A stretch of 63,128 bases of DNA, the filler included, from Conidiobolus incongruus B7586 (taxonomy: Eukaryota): NCBI GenBank assembly GCA_000697335.1. It is 7 parts of 7 records of this genome, joined end to end, with 100 filler letters (N's around TTAATTAATTAA, not from the genome) between each part and the next. Parts side by side here need not be neighbours in the genome. Positions count along the whole stretch, not along the records: positions 51,344 to 63,128 come from JNEM01006038.1; 6 more parts are not named here. One strand, written 5' to 3'. This document shows positions 57,563 to 63,128 of this stretch, piece by piece (within the stretch, counting starts at the first letter, position 1; every line of letters begins with the position of its first letter). The translations under genes were made by a program, and so were the position numbers. Below the pieces are notes generated by a model. That model ran no database searches, had not been told where the DNA came from, and saw only the letters and a list, made by a program, of their open reading frames with translations.

Positions 57563-58791
57563 ATGTCTTTCAGATTATCAGTACAACTGAGCAAAGCCAT
57601 CAGACTTCCTGCACATTCTTTAAACAGAGCTATTGCTTCAACTGCCCAAAAACAATTTGCTTCTGTTGAAGGTAAGTCTACCAACACTTGGGGAAGACCA
57701 ATTTCTGGCGCTGAAAAGTATGCTCATGGCCCTATTCGTAATGATTGGACAAGAGAAGAAGTTCAACAAATTTTCGACTCTCCCATTATGGAGCTTTTAT
57801 ACCACGGAGTAAGTTTTATTTTTATATCTTCTTTTATCCTTTACTGATCAGAGTATAGTCTTCAGTCCACAGAGCCAATCACGATCCTTTAGCCGTTCAA
57901 CAATGTACTCTTCTCAGTATCAAGACCGGTGGCTGTTCTGAAGATTGCAAATACTGCCCACAGTCCTCTCGTTATGATACCAACGTCAAAGCTCAAAAAA
58001 TGCTTGATTCTGGTGAGATTATGGAAGCCGCCCGTAGAGCCAAGGAGGCTGGATCCACTAGATTTTGTATGGGTGCCGCCTGGCGTGACGTTAAAGGTCG
58101 TAAGTCTAATTTCAAAAAGATTTTGACCCACATCAAAGAGATCAAAGGGATGGGCATGGAAGTGTGCTGTACTCTCGGTATGTTGGATGCTGAACAAGCC
58201 CGTATGCTTAAAGAAGCCGGTTTGACTGCTTATAATCACAATTTGGATACTTCCCGTGAATTTTACCCCAAGATCATCACCACTAGAACTTATGATGATC
58301 GTTTGAACACTATTAATCACGCTCAGCAAGCTGGTATTTCAGTCTGTTCTGGAGGTATCATTGGTTTAGGTGAATCCGAACAAGATCGTGTTGGACTATT
58401 GACAACTCTTGCCACACTTCCCATCCATCCCGAGTCTGTTCCTGTCAATGCTCTTCTTGCTGTTGAAGGAACTCCTCTTGAAGATCAAGAACCCGTTAGT
58501 ATCTGGGAAATGATCCGTATGATCGCTACCGCTAGAATCATTATGCCTCGTGCTATGGTCCGTCTTTCCGCTGGACGTGTTAGATTCTCTCAACCTGAGC
58601 AAGCTTTATGTTTTATGGCTGGTGCTAACTCTATCTTTACCGGTGACAAACTTTTAACTACTCCTAATAACGAATATACCGCTGATCAAGATATGTTCAA
58701 GATCCTTGGTCTTGTCCCCAAAGAACCCAACTTCCAACAAGGTTCCGATCGCCCTGGATATAACAAGCAAATCCTTCCTAACCAAGCTTAA
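57563..58791 (+). CDS. BIO2: Mitochondrial biotin synthase (intron ~57809-57858)
   Basis: RNDWTREEV, radical SAM motif [61 protein letters not shown]. Confidence 0.98.
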
Positions 58792-61700
58792 TTCGACTAT
58801 TCTTTCTCATCAAATTCATTGATAACATCACTTGATCAAAGGTAATGTTCTCAAGTTCAATATATCCGATATAGCAAGTACATTAATTTCAGCCATCTTT
58901 CATATAAAATCACTCTTCTAACCTAAATTAAATTAAAGCTTCAATCTAGTTAATATTAACATTTGATTATTTTTATTGTGATATAAATATTAATTTTTAT
59001 TAGTTTAAGTGACTCAACCTTACAATTGTTTTATATAATGATATCATTTAAATCAATATTAACCAAACCTATTATTAATATAGCTTTCTATTTCTATTCA
59101 TATTATGTAACATTATTTATTTTAATCATAATTTATTTACAAATCATATTGGAACTCGATCAATGGAAAATATGTTTATTGAAACTGTATATTCATTAAT
59201 ATTAAACTTAAAACTAATACTAATTGTGTTTTATTTAGCTATCTTAAAATATTCTAATAATTTCGATTTTCAAAGTTTAATAATTATAATAGTCTTTTAT
59301 TTATGTAATTTATAACGATGAAATAAACAATAGAATTTGACCATATTATTGGAAATCAATTTTTGATTTAAATAGAATAATTTGATCAGTATTTGAAGAT
59401 ATTATTTATCATGTTTAATTATTAAATATAAAAATTCCCATGTATAATATTCTAACAAACTGATTATATTAGTAATACTCTATTTATCTTGTATTTATAA
59501 ATCTATGATAAGTGGCTGATAAGTATCTTTGATAAAGTTCAATATTTTCAGATTCTTTCGATCTAATTAACGGAATATTATACCCATTCCAAATATTGCA
59601 AAGTTATTCGAAATAAATTACAGTAAGAGTTCATTTTTAGGTGATATCTTCAGAATTATTAAAAATTAAATCAAATTATTGAAATCATTACAAATCTTTA
59701 TGATATTTTTATTATCTCGAGTATGATATTTCTCTATTCCCGCAATTTGATCCAATTTTTATGATTATACAATTGTTGATTTGTCAAAAGGATAAAATTT
59801 GTTTGTTATTTTATTAATATTTGATCATATAACAGTGCTAAAAATTAATACTATTTTAATTTGGTTTTTACATCACACAATAATTCACTTGATTAAATGT
59901 ATTTATTCTAATACTACACAACTTTATATTATGAATAAAACTGAAAAATAAGTATAGTATTGTAGCACCTTTACAAGTTGCATATATTCAACTTTATAAT
60001 TTGAAAAAATCAAAATATTAAATAGCTGCAATTATTATATTGAAATAATTCATTAATATATCACAAAATTACTAATATCAGGCATTGTAATATTATCCAA
60101 TAAAAATAGCAATTCAAAACTCGCTAAAATAAAAATAAAAGGAGATGCAATACTAAGTCATGCTCCATTTATTCTTGTAATTGTATGTTTAGAATATATT
60201 TTTTAATATACGCTCAATGATACTGACTGTGTTCACTAAAATTTTGAATTTTATCTAAGAATTGATTTCATCACTATATAGTGTTTTGTTCTATAACATA
60301 TTGGTTTTTCAACATATTAGTAAAATTTACTTTTATAATAAATATAATAAATTATTCGAAAACATTTTTCAATCATAAGTGAATTAAATAATGCAATTTA
60401 TGATAAAATACTGAGCTAGATTTACAAGCATCTAAATAATAATAAAAATTATTATTATAGTCTCAAGAGTTAGATTTAATAAATATTAGCAATCAAATCA
60501 ACTATGAACTATATAATTTTTTAGATTAAATAACTATACTAGTTGTTAATGTAATATACTACTGAAATTTACAAAAATTGAAAACTATTATAATATTCAT
60601 TAAGATAAAATATTATAACTATATTATGTTGTGATTGTGATAAAGGAGCAAACTCACTTATTAGAAGGAATCCCTTAAAAAGGTACAGAATATTAGGTAA
60701 ACAAACAAAAAGGTTAATAAAATAGAAAAGAAAGAGCAAGATTGAAGTTAGTAGAATAAAAGAGTGTTTATTTAAGCAAGTTGAATGGTTTAAATATTTC
60801 AAACTGATTAAAAAAGACTAATAATATACAATTTTAGAATATCATAAGTTGTTAAGGCTAGGGGTTAAAGTATCCCGATCAATTGTTAAATATATATTTA
60901 TCTTGATAACTTGAATTATTCACTTATATTATTATTTTTATCAACGATTTTAAAAATGATTAAAAATCTTGGTAATTTAAATCTAATTATAATGCTATTA
61001 TAATGGTAAAATCAGATACTATTGGACTTAGCTATAGTTAAATCATTCTTATATACATATATTAATTAATCAATTACTTAATGTTTAATCAAAGTAATTT
61101 TATACTATGACTCTATTCTTCTAACCAAAAATAAACTAAATATAAAATTCAATGAAAAATGCTGAACATCAATTTTTTGCTAAAATCCAAACTTAGTCAA
61201 TTAGTTCAAGTTTTTCCTAATTAAATTTTTTTATTACCAATTCTGAATTAATCTACTCAAGTTTACTTAAATCAGTAGTAATATAATTTCTATTTCTAAA
61301 TTGATTATTAATCATTATTGTTATCTATTGTTTGAAAATGTTGAAGTCAGCGTTTTTTGGAGTATTATAATAATATTGGGTTGAGTTGTAATCTTAATAA
61401 GCCAAATAAACTTGAATCAATATATATAGACAAAGTAATTAATTGAAATCTATAGAGTCTTGATATTAATACCAATCAATTCATCTATTTAGTGGCTCTA
61501 TTCATAATCATATAATTCTATAATGAATCTCAAAATATTTTAATACAATAAATAATTTGAATATTTTATTTCTATTCAAATTGTTATGAAATATAATTTT
61601 GTAAATTTCATTAAAATTTGAGATTTTCAATTGGCCAATAGAAATGATGAATTTATGGTAAGATTATTCTGTATAAAATTTTTAGAAATATGGGATTGGA

Positions 61701-61918
61701 TGGAGAAATGATGATTTTGTCATAAAATAATTTTCTAATCAATAGTTAGACAAATTGCTTTGTCTTCAAGTAAGTTAAATCAACTGAATGACTTTATTAA
61801 TTTATATTACCCTAATTAAAATATTTGAAAATTAATAATAGTTCAACATAAATAATATTAAAAAAATATCATACTAATTTTTTTTTCTTAATTAGAGTTT
61901 TTTTATTGATCTATAATC

Positions 61919-63128
61919 ATGAGTCGTTTCTTTCGCAACGTAAGCGATAGTGAGAGTGATAGTGATTCCTCTTCCACCGATTCTTACTTCTCTGATTCCG
62001 ACGCTACCCATACTTCATCCGAAGATGAATCTGAAGATGAACGCGTCAGCACCCCCACAACCAGAGGTTCTAATTGGTTTATGAAGGGTGCCGACGACTC
62101 TGATTCTGAAGATGAAGTCAAGCGTGTTGTTAAATCAGCTAAAGATAAAAGACTCGAAGAATTATCTGCTTCTTATAAAACTGTTGAAAATGCTTTAAAA
62201 ATCAACGATTGGGTTGCTATTTCTAATGAATATGAAAAAATGCTTAAGGTCATTTCTAAAATTAATGCCAACAATGAAAAAATTCCTACTTCTTATCTTC
62301 AAATCTTAATCCAAATTGAGGATGCTCTTTTGGAAACTACTAAAGATAAAAAGAAAATGAATTCTTCCAATGCTAAGGCTCTCAATGTTCTCAAGCAGAA
62401 ACTTAAGAAAAACAACAAAGTTTATGAAAAGAGAATCCAAGCCCTTAGAAACGGTGAAGAAGAAGAAGAGGAAGAAGAAGAAGCTCCTACTCCTGCCCCT
62501 TCTAAGAACAAGTAAGGAATTATGAAATCTCTTAGATCAGCACTCTAATTAGTTTTAGGACAAAAGCTGTTCATGTTGTTGATGAAGAAGACCTCGAAGA
62601 TGGCTTTACCACTGTTGGAAAAGGTGGAAAGACCATTGAAGTTTCTTCTGAAACCCTTCCTAAGAAACTCCGTGAAGTTATCCAAGCTCGTGGTAAAAAG
62701 AATACCGATAAGAGCGAACAGATTCAGATCCTTGCTAAGCTCCTATCAGTTGCCAACACCCCTTACTTCCAAATTAAAGTTTTATTCGCTTTAATCTCTG
62801 CTCGTTTTGATTATTCATCTGGTTTGGCTACACATATGACCACTGAAATGTGGCGTAGCACTAGTCAAAATATTCATGTTCTTTTCAACATTTTGGAAGC
62901 TAATCCTCAAATCTCTGTTGATGAATCATATGATGAAATTGATGACGTTGATGGTGAACCAGATGCTGATGTTGATTATAACAAGATTCAAGGTTCCATT
63001 GTTTCATTCATTGAACAACTTGATGACGAATTCACTAAATCTTTACAAAATCTTGATCCTCATGCCACTGAATATTTGGAACGTTTAGCTGATGAAACTC
63101 CTCTTGTCACTGTCATTATTCGTGCCCA
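61919..63128 (+). CDS. NIP1: Translation initiation factor 3 subunit C (5' part, runs off the window; intron ~62512-62558)
   Basis: MSRFF plus acidic/Ser tract, KRVVKSAKDKRLEEL, KINDWVAISNEYEK, NAKALNVLKQKLKK, ARGKKNTD, LDDEFTKSLQNLDPHATEYLERL. Confidence 0.96.

Noticed and set aside
51344..58791. PAB1-DAL3-BIO2 neighbourhood (and CDD1-TF) as a metabolic gene cluster
   Set aside because: Unrelated pathways, no other allantoin or biotin genes nearby, long decayed spacers.

Overview
AT-rich, intron-containing eukaryotic DNA from an early-diverging fungus; a Conidiobolus-like (Entomophthoromycotina) origin is inferred from composition, ~50-nt GT-AG introns and gene content. The window is seven contigs joined by six artificial 100-bp N/TTAATTAATTAA/N spacers, so adjacency across gaps means nothing. 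Most genes are ordinary housekeeping genes: RPC1, COQ5, MRPS17, RPL10, GID4, GTR1, ADA3, SERCA-type Ca-ATPase, SOF1, NDUFS6, SNU66, TAM41, NAT1/NAA15, MINPP1-like phosphatase, cytidine deaminase, a Zn2Cys6 TF, HSP90, PAB1, DAL3, BIO2 and eIF3c, plus tRNA-Asp and a degenerate tRNA-Tyr. The most unusual observations are: (1) a decayed, intron-retaining HMT1/ABCB6 transporter fragment between long (~650-790 bp) degenerate inverted repeats of a dispersed family, i.e. a Pack-MULE/foldback-like gene-capture structure; (2) an oriented CCCATAA motif upstream of 11 genes, a candidate lineage-specific promoter element; (3) an F-box + TPR-like + EF-hand protein; (4) an NRPS-like gene whose 5' 200 bp is decayed while the following ~620 bp is open; (5) two -1 frameshifts in ADA3. 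All alignments and translations were done by eye.
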